This document shows positions 1 through 10,195 of a stretch of 64,000 bases of DNA, one piece after another. The notes under the pieces were generated by a model. It was not told where the DNA came from. It ran no database searches and was given only the letters and a program-made list of their open reading frames with translations. The DNA comes from Christensenellales bacterium (GTDB lineage: Bacteria > Bacillota > Clostridia > Christensenellales > UBA1431): positions 106,136-170,135 of the forward strand of contig JAXGQA010000001.1 of the NCBI GenBank assembly GCA_040766645.1, read 5' to 3'. The first letter of the stretch is position 1, and each line of letters opens with the position of its first letter. The position numbers were made by a program, and so were the translations under genes.

Positions 1-353
1 AAAGCCCGCACCGCCTGAAAGAAACGCTTTCCATGATCGCCGAGATACAGCCCGGACGGACGATATGCTGCTGCCGCGAGCTTACCAAGCTCCACGAAGA
101 GGTGCTGGTGCTGCCCGCTCTGGATCTGGCCGCGCATTTTGAGGCCGAGGCCCCGCGCGGCGAGTTCGTTCTGGTGATAGAGGGCCGCGCGGCCGAGACC
201 GAAACAGCAGATGACGCGGCGCGCGACGCGCTGCTTTTGGAACTCCTTGGCCGCGGGTCGGACAAGTCTTCGGCCGCGCGCGAGGCGGCCGCCGCGCTGG
301 GCCTTGACCGCAGAGCGCTGTACAAACGCCTTATCGAGCTGGAAAACGAATAA
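1..353 (+). CDS. rsmI: 16S rRNA 2'-O-methyltransferase RsmI, C-terminal part (5' end outside window)
   Basis: The frame is open from the window edge. SPHRLKETL...GRTICCCRELTKLHEEV matches the RsmI C-terminus. TAA stop at 351-353. Confidence 0.8.
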   Translation, partial: SPHRLKETLSMIAEIQPGRTICCCRELTKLHEEVLVLPALDLAAHFEAEAPRGEFVLVIEGRAAETETADDAARDALLLELLGRGSDKSSAAREAAAALGLDRRALYKRLIELENE

Positions 354-394
354 AGAAAAAGTCCTTTGTGAAAAAGAACGGCACAAAAATTCCG

Positions 395-480
395 GTAATG
401 CCGTCATTGCGAACTGCAGCGAAGCAACTCAGCGTTTCCTTTCCGGATTGCCACGGGGCTGAGGCCCTCGTAATGACGGC
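395..480. repeat. Palindromic intergenic element (13-bp arms, about 55-nt spacer)
   Basis: Arm gccgtcattgcga (400-412) pairs with tcgtaatgacggc (468-480) with one mismatch. It lies in the convergent spacer after rsmI. Confidence 0.4.
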
Positions 481-629
481 CCTATTCCCCGGTCAGGCCG
501 CGCCTTTCCGCTTTTTTTGACAAAAGTGCCGCACCTCACATTGATCAGGGGAAGTTTTTAGACCAATCTCCGAAAATCAATGTTGAAATTTAACAGCGCC
601 CAACAACTAAAAAAAGTCCTTTTCCGGGC

Positions 630-658
630 AAAAAAAACGGCCGGGACGGCCGTTTTTT
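630..658. terminator. Bidirectional rho-independent terminator
   Basis: An A-run, stem acggccg/cggccgt (637-643 / 647-653) with loop gga, then a T-run. It sits between convergent rsmI and the glutamate-synthase-like gene. Confidence 0.7.
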
Positions 659-745
659 CGCATGCTCCGCACGGCCAAGCCCCGCGCCTGCGCCTTTGCA
701 GGAGCACTTGGAAGAAGTTTCGTTTCCGAATCTGTCGTTACTGCG

Positions 746-2380
746 CTAGAAGTCCAGCAGCTTTTTTGCCGCTTCGTCCTGTACGTCGGTCATGAAGGGT
801 ATGCCCGTTTCCCGCTCGGTCTCCCTGTTGGCCGAGAAGATGTTCCTGCGGCTCATCTGGTCCATGCTGAAGATGCGCGCGCCGGCCATCATCTGCTGCA
901 GCCCGGCCGCAAGCTTGTCCGCCAGCGTCCATGCCGCAATGGCGCCGTAAGGTATCTTCTTCATCTCGTCGGCGCCCACGCGGGCCTGCACGTCGTAATA
1001 CCCGGCGAAGATCTCCTCGGGCGTGTTCCCCTGCTCTACCACGCTCTTTGCCAGCGCGTCCCAGTTGCCGTTCAGCCTTTCCTTCCTGTCGGGGTGCAGC
1101 GCGCCCTCGATGTTTGCGCCCAGGAACGCCGGAATCATCAGCGCCCTGCCCATGCAGGCCAGCTTGGTATACGGCGCGCCCAGCGAAAGGGCCTTGAAGA
1201 TGTGGTCCTCACGCGCCAGCCCGCCTCCGAAGGCCATGTCGGCCACGTCGTGGCCCTTTGCCGCCAGTATGCTCGCGTATTCATAGGCCTTGGCGTGCAG
1301 ATGGATGGAGGGCACGCCCCACGTTTCCATCATGTTCCACGGACTCATCCCCGTGCCGCCGCCCGCGCCGTCGATTGTCAGAAGGTCCAGCCTGTGGACG
1401 GTAGCCAGCTTGATGGCCTGCGCCAGGCCTTCCATGCCATACGCGCCGGTCTTCAGCGTGATACGCTTGAAGCCCAGCTTCCTGAAATAGGCCACGGCGT
1501 CGCCGAATGCCTGCTCCACCTGGTCCACCCGGCCAAGATCGGTATAGCCAAGGCGGCTGTGCCGCGCAAAGGCGGTCACCGCGCCGCTCTTAAACGCTTC
1601 TATGGATTCGGGCAGCGTCGGGTCGGGGTCGACGATGTAGCCGCGCCCCTTCAGGAACTGAGCGTACTCCAGGCTGTTGACCTGTATCTCGCCACCTATG
1701 TCCTTGGCCCCTTGTCCCCACTTGAGCTCCAGTATCACCTTATCCCCGTATTTGTCGATGAGGTATTCGGCCACACCGTTTCGCGTGTCCTCCACGTTCA
1801 TCTGCACTATAATGGCGCCGTAGCCGTCATAGTAGCGGAGATAGGTCTGGACGCGCCTGTCCAGCTCAGGCGCGGACTTGATCCTGCCGTTTTCGATGAC
1901 CGCCTGCCGGTCGATGCCCACCACATTCTCGCCCACCACTATGGGGTATCCCATAACCGCGCCGATAGCGAAGCTGTCCAGTAGCGGGCCGCGATGAACG
2001 TCGACCCGAGCGCACCGGTCATCATTGGCACGCGGCAGCGGGTCTTGACCTCCTTGCCGAAGGAAACGGTCAGGTCCACGTTGGGAAAGATGCAGTCGTC
2101 CGCATCGCTGCTCAGCCCCTCCCGCAGTCCGCAGGCGCCGTAATGATAGCCGCTTATGCGCAGCGCATCATAGTTCACGCCTATGGCCGTGGTGTTCCGC
2201 GCGCCGGCCGTTATCCAGCCGAAATCCCGCGGATACAGGAGCTTTCTGCCCTTCATGCTGGACATGAACGCGTTTCGCGAGCCTGGCAGTCTGCACGGCA
2301 TAGCGTGCACAGACCGATTCGGCCGCGTTCCCACGGTTCATTGTCCCGAGGGCGTCGTTCGCCTTTGGATACTCTATCAT
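746..2380 (-). pseudogene. FMN-binding glutamate synthase family protein (GltB domain-2-like), three frameshifts as assembled
   Basis: The N-terminus MIEYPKANDALGTMNRGNAAES follows an AGGAGG RBS. It continues as GLCTLCRADCQ, then FMSSMKGRKLLYPRDFGW...PMMTGALGSTFIAARYW, then GYPIVVGENV...GAGGGTG in three different frames. Breaks are near 2314, 2270 and 1978. Confidence 0.75.
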
Positions 2381-2512
2381 ACAATAACCTCCTTGTTATT
2401 GGATAACTGTATTCAGTTTGGAAATGGCCGCGAGAAAGGTTTTGCGTAATTTGAGACAGCACGCACGTTTATCATTATACCACAACGGGCAATATTTGTC
2501 GGAGGAAAGACC

Positions 2513-2548
2513 AAAAAAAGAAAAAGCGGCTGATCAGCCGCTTTTTGT
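2513..2548. terminator. Bidirectional rho-independent terminator
   Basis: Perfect palindrome aagcggc-tgatca-gccgctt flanked by an A-run and a T-run, directly downstream of the SpoIID-like stop. Confidence 0.75.
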
Positions 2549-2558
2549 TGCTTTGTTA

Positions 2559-4944
2559 CTACTTGACCGACAGATAGCTCTTGTGGATGTAGGCCGTCTT
2601 GCCGTTATACGAGATCTGGTGCCAGTCGGCCGTGCAATTCTTCTTGGTCACCGTGTAGGTCTTCCCCTTGAGCGCAGTGCCCACCTTGAATAGCTGGTCC
2701 CGGGCCCGACCGTGGGCGTTCACCGCCGTCGTGCAATTAGAACCACGGTACCGGTGTAGGTGGCGGGCTTGGGTGTCGGCGTATCGGCGTACCCTTGGAT
2801 GTCACCGCCTTGACAGACAGATAGCTCTTGTGGATGTAGGCCCATCTTGCCGTTGTACGATATCTGGTGCCAGTCGGCGGTATAGTACTTCTTCTTCACC
2901 GTGTAGGTCGCGCCCTTTTTCGCGGTGCCCACCTTGGAATAGCTGGTCCCCGGGCCCGACCGTACGTTCACCGCCGTGGTGCAATTGACCACGGTACCGG
3001 TGTAGGACGTGGCCGTCGATGGCGTCGGCGTCGCGGAGGCCGACGGCAGGGTGGCCGTCGCCGCCCTTGACAGACGAAGATAGCTCTTGTGGATATAGGC
3101 CGTCTTGCCGTTGTACGATATCTGGTGCCAGTCGGCGGTATAGTACTTCTTCTCTTCACCGTGTAGGTCGCACCCTTTTTCGCCGGTGCCCACCTTGGAA
3201 TAGCTGGTCCCAGTTCCGACCGTACGTTCACCGCCGTGGTGCAGTTCACCACCGTGCCGGTATAGGACGTGGCCGTCGATGGCGTCGGCGTCGCGGAGGC
3301 CGACGGCTTGGGGGTGGCCGTCGCCGCCTTGACCGACAGATAGCTCTTGTGGATATAGGCCGTCTTGCCGTTGTACAATATCTGGTGCCAGTCAGCGGTG
3401 TAATTCGGCTTGGTGACCGTGTAGTTCGCCCCTTTGGGCGCGGTGCCCACCTTGGAGTAGGACGTGCCCGGTCCCGACCGCACGTTCACCGCCGTGGTGC
3501 AGTTCACCACCGTACCGGTATAGGACGTGGCCGTCGATGGCGTCGGCTGTGCGCCGCCGGGCATGGCCGGAAGCGTGGGCGCCGAAACGCTCAGCTTGCT
3601 GAACGTGATGTCCTTATAGTAGAAATTCAGTATGAATTTATAGTCCTTGCCCTCGTTGGCCATCTGCTGGGCGCCCCGCTGGCTCATGCCCACACCGTGG
3701 CCGTAGCGGACGTTGTAGAGGGTGGTCGTCTCATCCTCTGCGTTGTTCGCTATCCTGAAGGCGATGTAAGACGAGCTGATGCCCAGCGCGGACTTGAGGT
3801 CGGCGTCGGTAAAGGTCACGCGCTTGTTGGAGGATTCCGTGTTGAAGCGCACGTCGCAGTAGAACTCCTCGAACACGATGGACACCGCAGGCTCCGCGGA
3901 CGGCGCCTTGCCCTTGATACCGCCTGTGCTGATCACGTAGACGTCGGACGCCGACACCCCGTACTGCGACTTGTACTTGTTGACCAGCATCCTCTGGATG
4001 GCCATGTTCACGTCGTTCCCGGTGTCCGAATGCAGGTCGGTGTTGACCACGACCTTATAGGGCGACTTGTCCCAGTATTCCGTACGGCAGCGCCGGTCGT
4101 CGTAAACGTCCGATTTTACAACGGTGTAGCCGTAGATGGAGGACGTGTTGCCTGTCCAGCCCCTGGCGTTGAGCGTTTCCCCGCCGTTCCAGGCCGAGAA
4201 GTAGGCGCTGAACACGTCCCCGCCGTACTGCATCACCTGCCGGTCGGTGGCGTTGACGACGTTCTTGATGGTGTTGTAGGTGGTCATATTGACGGTCCCG
4301 TCCGAGCTTACGCCGGGGACGCCCCTGTACACCTGGGTGCTGGCCGTGTCCCCGATATGGTAGCGGGCGGTCGAGCTGGAGTTCAGGGCGGCTTTCACGC
4401 CGTAGTTGCGCGCGCAGACGGCCTGTGCCTTGAGCGCCTCGGTGGGCCAGCTGGGGCTCATCTCGTAGGGGACGACGCCCATCACGTATTCCTCGACGTA
4501 CACGTGGTTAACGGCATACAGCGCTCCGCCGGACGCGGAGAACTCCATGTTGCCGGGGTAATAGATGCGCGTCTTCTGGGTGGGGCTGGCAGGAAAGATG
4601 ATGAAGTTGTTCACGGTGTTGCCGGCCGCGCGGACCAGCGTTATCTTGGAGCCGGTATAGACCGCCTTGCCCGAGAGGAGGAGCTGGACGTTGCTGCCCG
4701 AGAGATGCACCTTGTATTCGGTGTCCTGCAGTTTGGTGCCCGGAGATTCGGCGATATAGTATTTGCCGTGCGGTATGACGCGGATATCCGCCGTCTGCCC
4801 GGCCGTTGAAACGCGGGCTTTTATGATGCCGTTGAACGCGGCGGCCTCCGATGGGCTACCTGGGATAAAAACCCACCCGCTGACAAGCGCCAGCACCACA
4901 AGGAAAAACAGCATCAACCGCCTTTGCATCCTGATCCGTTCCAT
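2559..4944 (-). pseudogene. SpoIID/LytB-domain protein with signal peptide and four C-terminal SH3b repeats; the repeat region is frameshifted as assembled
   Basis: N-terminal hydrophobic segment MLFFLVVLALVSGW. SpoIID-type motifs are present (EEYVMGVVPYEM, ALKAQAVCARNY, GHGVGMSQRGA). The four SH3b units read TATSYTGTVVNCTTAVNVRSGPGTSYSKVGTA.KGA.YTV...YTADWHQI.YNGKTAYIHKSYL across three frames. The ORF ends TAG-TAA at 2556-2561. Confidence 0.75.
2562..3545 (-). repeat. Four tandem DNA repeats of about 247-262 bp (SH3b-coding units)
   Basis: Unit starts cttgac(c/a)gac...gatagctcttgtggat occur at 2562, 2809, 3066 and 3328. Long stretches are near-identical between units. Confidence 0.85.
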
Positions 4945-5178
4945 TCTCCGATCGCCCCCCCAAAGCAACGAAAGCCCCTGCTTTTTCAATTTATTCCATA
5001 TTATACCATACTGTAACAATTTTTACGGATGGAAAAACAGGCCTTTCCATCCAAAGTTATAATAAATATATTAAACTGCAATTTATTAAATGAAACGCAA
5101 AACTTTAGAAATAATTGCGAAACATTTTGGAAATTAGCCCTGATATTTACTGAAATGGAAAAAGCCGGGAAGCGTAAC

Positions 5179-5208
5179 AAAAAAGAGCCCTGTGCGGGCT
5201 CCTTTTTC
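5179..5208 (-). terminator. Rho-independent terminator after the ferredoxin gene
   Basis: Stem gagccc/gggctc with A/T runs on both sides, 14 nt downstream of the ferredoxin stop. Confidence 0.7.
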
Positions 5209-5221
5209 TGGTATCGGTTCG

Positions 5222-5392
5222 TTATGCGGGGTTGGGCGCGCCCACAGGGCAAACTCCGGCGCAGGCACCGCACTCGATGCACTCATCGGCATTGATCTCA
5301 TACTTGGTGTCGCCTTCAGAAATCGCGTTCACCGGACACTCTGCCTCACACGCTCCGCATTTGATACATTCATCGTTGATTACGTAGGCCAT
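5222..5392 (-). CDS. 2x[4Fe-4S] ferredoxin, 56 aa (below the ORF-track size cutoff)
   Basis: Manual translation gives MAYVINDECIKCGACEAECPVNAISEGDTKYEINADECIECGACAGVCPVGAPNPA. It has two CxxCxxCxxxCP motifs and an AGGAGG RBS 7 nt upstream. Confidence 0.85.
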   Translation of the reverse strand: MAYVINDECIKCGACEAECPVNAISEGDTKYEINADECIECGACAGVCPVGAPNPA

Positions 5393-5502
5393 GGGATTCA
5401 CCTCCTTGAAGAAGACTATTTAAACCTCATGCGTACATTATAACGCATCAGAGAGAATTTTTCGACTGTAGAAAAAATTTTCTCTGCGCGTTTCAACGGC
5501 GC

Positions 5503-6402
5503 CTATTCCTCTTCAAGGGAGATGCTTTCTTCCTCGGCTTCCTGGGGAGGCGGCTCGGGCCGGCGTTCCGGGACGGGTCCCGCTCCCTGCCGGGCCAGCG
5601 GCTTGACGTCGGTATAATGATAGCTCCGCAGGTCCAGCGTGCCGTCGGCCAGCTCCACGCGGACCACAGCCGTGCCGGTGAGGGCATTGTTCTCCAGGAC
5701 TACGCCGGTGCCGTCCGGCGTCACCACCGACTTGCCCGCCCGCACCATGCACTTGGACATGCTTTCGTAATAGTCCTGCTCGTATTTGAGGCAGCACATC
5801 AGCCGCCCGCACAGGCCGGATATCTTGGTGGGGCTCAAAGAAAGGTTCTGCTCCTTGGCCATCTTGATGGACACGGGCTGGAACTCACCCAGAAACTGGC
5901 TGCAGCAGCAGGGGCGCCCGCAACTCCCCAGCCCCCCCAGCATCTTGGCCTCGTCGCGCACACCAATCTGCCGGAGCTCGATGCGCACGCGGAACACCGA
6001 TGCGAGGTCCTTGACCAGCTCGCGGAAATCCACGCGGCCGTCGGCCGTGAAATAGAAGATAATCTTGTTGTTGTCGAAGGTGTATTCCACATCCACCAGC
6101 TTCATTTCCAACTGGTGCTTGAGTATCTTTTCTTCACAGATAGCGAAGGCTTCCCTTGCCTTTTCAGCGTTTTTCTCCATGGTCTGCTGGTCCTGCTCGG
6201 TGGCGATGCGTATCACCTTTTTCAAAGGCGCGGTCAGCTCGGCTTCCTCCACCTCCCGGGCCGGCAGGACGACCTCCCCGAACTCCACGCCGCGCACCGT
6301 TTCCACGATAACGTTGCTGCCCTTCACCGCATCCCATTGGTCAGGGTCGAAATAATATATCTTGCCCGCACGCTTAAAGCGTACGCCTATCACCTTTGCC
6401 AT
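5503..6402 (-). CDS. ricT: PSP1-domain protein YaaT/RicT
   Basis: MAKVIGVRFKRAGKIYYF... and the Cys-rich GSCGRPCCC...GRLMCCLKYE. The ATG at 6402 has a GGAGGA RBS at 8 nt. Synteny holB-yaaT. Confidence 0.85.
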   Translation of the reverse strand: MAKVIGVRFKRAGKIYYFDPDQWDAVKGSNVIVETVRGVEFGEVVLPAREVEEAELTAPLKKVIRIATEQDQQTMEKNAEKAREAFAICEEKILKHQLEMKLVDVEYTFDNNKIIFYFTADGRVDFRELVKDLASVFRVRIELRQIGVRDEAKMLGGLGSCGRPCCCSQFLGEFQPVSIKMAKEQNLSLSPTKISGLCGRLMCCLKYEQDYYESMSKCMVRAGKSVVTPDGTGVVLENNALTGTAVVRVELADGTLDLRSYHYTDVKPLARQGAGPVPERRPEPPPQEAEEESISLEEE

Positions 6403-7357
6403 CGGCACTGTCCTCCATAGCGTCCTTTATTTTCAAAAGCAGGTCCTCCATCAGCATCTGGTGATGGACGTTCCTGTTGAGCAGTCCTCCCAGTCCGGCC
6501 GTATACTCCATAAGCCGCTGCAGCGCGGGTCCGTAAAACCGTGCCGCCATCCGCTCCAACTCCCGCGCGTGGTCGGTGTTGCGCGCTGCCCCGCCCTGCT
6601 TTATCAGCAAAACGTCGGTCAGAATGTCACGCAAAACGTCCAGCAGGCGGAGGGTGTCCTCCTTGTGCGACTGCAGAAAAGCGTAGCCGGAAAGCGGGTC
6701 GGCGCTGCCTCCGCAAAGCTCGCTTAAAAGCCTGAAAAGCCCTTCCCGCAGGGCCATGGGGCCGTTTTCATCGGCCCACTCGAGGGCGCGTGCATAATGC
6801 CCCTGCGAAAGCCGCGCGATAAGGCCCGCGCGCTCCCGGTCAAGCCGCAACCCGGAGGCCAGCCGCTCGCTGACCGCCGAAAGCGGCTCACCCGGCATGC
6901 GCACCGTCTGGCACCGGGACACGATGGTGGGCAACAGCTCGCGCTCACTGTGGCAGACCAGCAAAAAGACCGCGCGCTCGGGCGGCTCCTCCAGCGTTTT
7001 CAAAAGGCAGTTCTGCGCCTGCGGAGTCATATCCTGCGCGTCCTGTATCAGGACGGCGCGGCAGGCGTCCCCGAACGGCTTTTCCCGCAGCCCGGCGAGG
7101 ACGCGCCGCACGGCGTCTGTCTTTATCGTTCCTTTTTCGGGTTCAACGCGCACAAAATCGGGATGGGTGCCTGCCGTGAACAGCCGGCATCCGCGGCAGT
7201 CCCCGCAGGGTTTATGGTCGCCGGCGCACAGGAGCACGGCTGCAACGGAAAGCGCGGCGTCGTTCCTTCCCGACCCGCGCTCGCCGGTAAAAAGCACGGC
7301 GTGGGGCACGCGCCCCTGCCGGACAGATGCCTTCAAAACCTCGGCGGTGACGCTCAC
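6374..7357 (-). CDS. holB: DNA polymerase III delta-prime subunit
   Basis: HAVLFTGERGSGR Walker-like motif, zinc-module-like CGDCRGCR, LKTLEEPP. The GTG start overlaps the tmk stop (GTGA). Confidence 0.85.
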   Translation of the reverse strand: MSVTAEVLKASVRQGRVPHAVLFTGERGSGRNDAALSVAAVLLCAGDHKPCGDCRGCRLFTAGTHPDFVRVEPEKGTIKTDAVRRVLAGLREKPFGDACRAVLIQDAQDMTPQAQNCLLKTLEEPPERAVFLLVCHSERELLPTIVSRCQTVRMPGEPLSAVSERLASGLRLDRERAGLIARLSQGHYARALEWADENGPMALREGLFRLLSELCGGSADPLSGYAFLQSHKEDTLRLLDVLRDILTDVLLIKQGGAARNTDHARELERMAARFYGPALQRLMEYTAGLGGLLNRNVHHQMLMEDLLLKIKDAMEDSADGKGDRRTL

Positions 7358-7992
7358 GCCTTTGCCTCCCGCGCATCGAGCAGGGCTTCCACGTGCCCTA
7401 TGATCTCGGCGTACACTTCCTCTATGCCACGCCCGGCGTCGATGTCGCGGATGCGCTCGGGGTACATTCGGACCAGCGCGTCGAACCCGCGCAGCACGCG
7501 CGACTGGAAGTCTTCCTTTTCGCTCTCCATGCGGTCAGGGACGGCGCGGCCCCATACGCGGCTGCGCGCCATCGCCGTATTGATGCGGCACATGAAGGTG
7601 ATGGCCGGCTCAAGGCCCTGGACGGCGTAGCGGTTCATGCCCTCCACCATCTCCATCCCCAGCCCCCTGCCCGACCCCTGATAGGCCAGCGAAGAATCGA
7701 TGAACCGGTCGCAGATGACGGTCCTGCCTTCCCGCAGCGCCGGGAGGATGACCTCCTCCACGTGCTGCGCCCGCGCCGCGGCGTACAGAAGCGCCTCGGT
7801 CACCGGCGTCATCTCCTCGTGGCGGATATCCAGGATAAGCTCGCGTATCTCCTCGGCTATCTTGCAGCCTCCCGGTTCGCGGGTGACCACGACCTCGTGG
7901 CCCCTGCCCCGGAGCCATTCGGCCAGCAGGCGTATCTGCGTGCTTTTGCCGGCGCCGTCCGGCCCTTCAAACGTGATAAAAAGCCCATCCAT
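7354..7992 (-). CDS. tmk: Thymidylate kinase
   Basis: MDGLFITFEGPDGAGKSTQ P-loop and TREPGG. The start was chosen at the conserved N-terminus rather than the longer ORF. Confidence 0.9.
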   Translation of the reverse strand: MDGLFITFEGPDGAGKSTQIRLLAEWLRGRGHEVVVTREPGGCKIAEEIRELILDIRHEEMTPVTEALLYAAARAQHVEEVILPALREGRTVICDRFIDSSLAYQGSGRGLGMEMVEGMNRYAVQGLEPAITFMCRINTAMARSRVWGRAVPDRMESEKEDFQSRVLRGFDALVRMYPERIRDIDAGRGIEEVYAEIIGHVEALLDAREAKA

Positions 7993-7997
7993 CGGCC

Positions 7998-9416
7998 TCA
8001 ACTCTCCCCATTCTCTCCCGGTGCAAACACGGGCATATATCCTCCCCGCAGGCCGAAAAACCTGCCTCCCAACCGCCGGATCTCCAGCAGATATGAAAGC
8101 GTCGCGCAGTCCGCCTGTTCGCCCGGCCACAGCACGGGTATCCCCGGCGGGTACGCGCCCACCGTCGCCGCGGCGACATGCCCCTCAGCGCGTTCGAGGG
8201 CGACAAGCTCGACCGCCCGCCCGGCGGCTGTTTCGGCGCGCTTTGGCAGCGGCGGCAGGCCAGGGAAGCTTCCCTGTATCGGCCGCCCGCCGTCCATCGC
8301 CGCGAGCGCCGCTTCAAACGCCGCTACAGCCGGCAGGTCCCAGGGCGCCGTCAGCGCGACCACGCGGGCGCTGTCGCCCATTTCCACCTCGACGCCCGCC
8401 GCTTTAAGTATAGGCTCCGCGCCATATCCAGTCAACCCCCGCCCCCGGACGTCGACCACCAGCCGGGTGGGGTCGAACGCCGCCACGCCCGCCGCTCTTC
8501 CGTGGCGCAGGGCGGGACAGGAAAGGCCGGCCAGCGCGTCGATGCGTTGGGCGGCGGCGGCGCAGACACGCGCCAGCGCCGCCCACTCCGCCCCGCGCGT
8601 GAAAAGGCGGCTGCGGACCATGTCCAGCGAGGCCATCACCGCATAGGACGGGCTGGACGTGTGTACCAGCGCCAGCGCCCGCAAAAGTCCCTCCCACGCA
8701 AGGCCTTTTTGCGCCGCGCGGGCCGACATGTGCAAAAAGGCGCCCTGACCCATCGCGCCCGCGGTCTTGTGCGCGCCGTCCACCCAAACGTCGGCGAACC
8801 GCCCCGCGTAGGGAGGCAACCCGTCCGCGCCGCACGCGAAATGCGTCCCGTGCGCACCGTCCACCAGAAAAAGCGCGCCCGCCTGGTCGGCGGCGGCGCG
8901 TATCGCCTCCAGGTCCGCGCACATCCCGTACTAGTTGGGGTAGGTCACGACGACCGCCCTCGCCCGCCCGGCCGCCTTTAGGGCACGCCGGACGTCCTCC
9001 GCGTCCGGGCACCCCGGCGTGCCGTCCGGCAGAAGCCCCGGCAGCACGAACACCGGCTTGTGCCGCCCCAGCTCAATGCCGGCGGCCACCGATTTATGGC
9101 AATCCCGAGCGACCACGACGGTGGAGCCCGGCTCCAGCGCCAGCAGCATGGCCAGCACGCCGGAAGTCGCCCCCGCTGTCAGAAACTGTGTGTATCGCGC
9201 CCCGAACCCCTGGGCGGCCAGAACCATCGCCTCCTTCAGCGGACCGGCCGGCGCGAAAAGCTCGTCGGTGTCCTCTAGCTCGGTCGCGTCCCACGCCAGC
9301 GCGTCAAAATCCGACAAAGGTCCTTTCCCGCCCTTGTGCCCGGGCATGTGCAGCCGGTGCCTTTTTTCGCCCGCCCAGGTCCGCAGCATATCCGCGACCG
9401 GCGTCCTTTCCTGCAT
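7998..9416 (-). pseudogene. Orn/Lys/Arg decarboxylase family PLP enzyme (YaaO-like), in-frame TAG at 8931-8933 as assembled
   Basis: HMPGHKGG, then ...VVVTYPN-TAG-YGMCADL... continuing in the same frame to VDGAHKT. Position upstream of tmk matches Bacillus yaaO. The start at 9416 has a GGAGGA RBS; 9452 is an alternative. Confidence 0.75.
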
Positions 9417-9568
9417 ATGTTCCTCCGTTTCGCTTTCTGCTTTTGTGTCCATTATTCCTCATAAAGTTTGCAAAACCTTTTTTAAAATATGCTATAATGT
9501 GAAGGATATCACGGGAGGGTTACAGAATAATCATAACCATCCCATAAACCCATGAAAGGACAAAAGCC

Positions 9569-10195
9569 ATGAGCGACCCGGATGCTGTCGGTTTAAGCAT
9601 GGATGAACTCATTTCGGCCTTGCCCCGCCTGGAAGACGGCTGGGCGCTGCTCAAGGGGCAGCTCAGCACCAGGTTTTCCGTGAACGATACGCCTCTTTTC
9701 GAACACGAGGAATACGTGGAATCGTACGGTCAGTTCAAGCACTGGATGCAGTCGGTGCTGGAGGAAGCCCCCATACCCAAAAGCGTGGACGGCGTGCTGT
9801 TCAGCGTATTCGAGTCGGAGGACGGCCTCGAGCTGTACCTTGCCGGGACCGTCGACGCCGATCCGCCCGACGACGAGGAGGACTGGTCCCACGCCGTGGA
9901 GATGTTCCCCGACGCGTCCTTCGCGGCGCTGGACATCTACCGCGACATCTCATCTCTGCACGAGGAATGCCCCGAAGCGGCCGCCTATCTCGCGCTGGCG
10001 CTCCCGGTCATATACGCCGCCGAGTTCGTCGGCGAGAGCCCCGAGCACGCAGAGCTTCTCCTCAGACGCAAGGGCATACTGATGCGCCACCGCGAGGAGT
10101 TGATATTGAGCACCGGCTTCGACGAGGAAAAGCCGTATCCCTTCGCCCTGCTCACGCAGTCGGGCATACGGCCATATCCCCGCGCGTCCGCATAG
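9569..10195 (+). CDS. Hypothetical acidic protein, no recognised domain
   Basis: 208-aa ORF with a plausible RBS (gaaagga), coding-like composition and a TAG stop. Confidence 0.5.
   Translation: MSDPDAVGLSMDELISALPRLEDGWALLKGQLSTRFSVNDTPLFEHEEYVESYGQFKHWMQSVLEEAPIPKSVDGVLFSVFESEDGLELYLAGTVDADPPDDEEDWSHAVEMFPDASFAALDIYRDISSLHEECPEAAAYLALALPVIYAAEFVGESPEHAELLLRRKGILMRHREELILSTGFDEEKPYPFALLTQSGIRPYPRASA

Noticed and set aside
662-1984. Long antisense ORFs, such as 662-1984, 3019-4809, 14151-15830, 15628-17400, 17759-18976, 21028-22467, 23856-25559, 32248-33948, 37985-39427, 44573-46138, 52571-53809, 56457-58757 and 58851-60266
   Set aside because: They are shadow ORFs typical of high-GC DNA. 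Each lies opposite a gene with strong family motifs. Their products are Arg/Ala/Gly/Pro-rich low-complexity sequence without RBS support.
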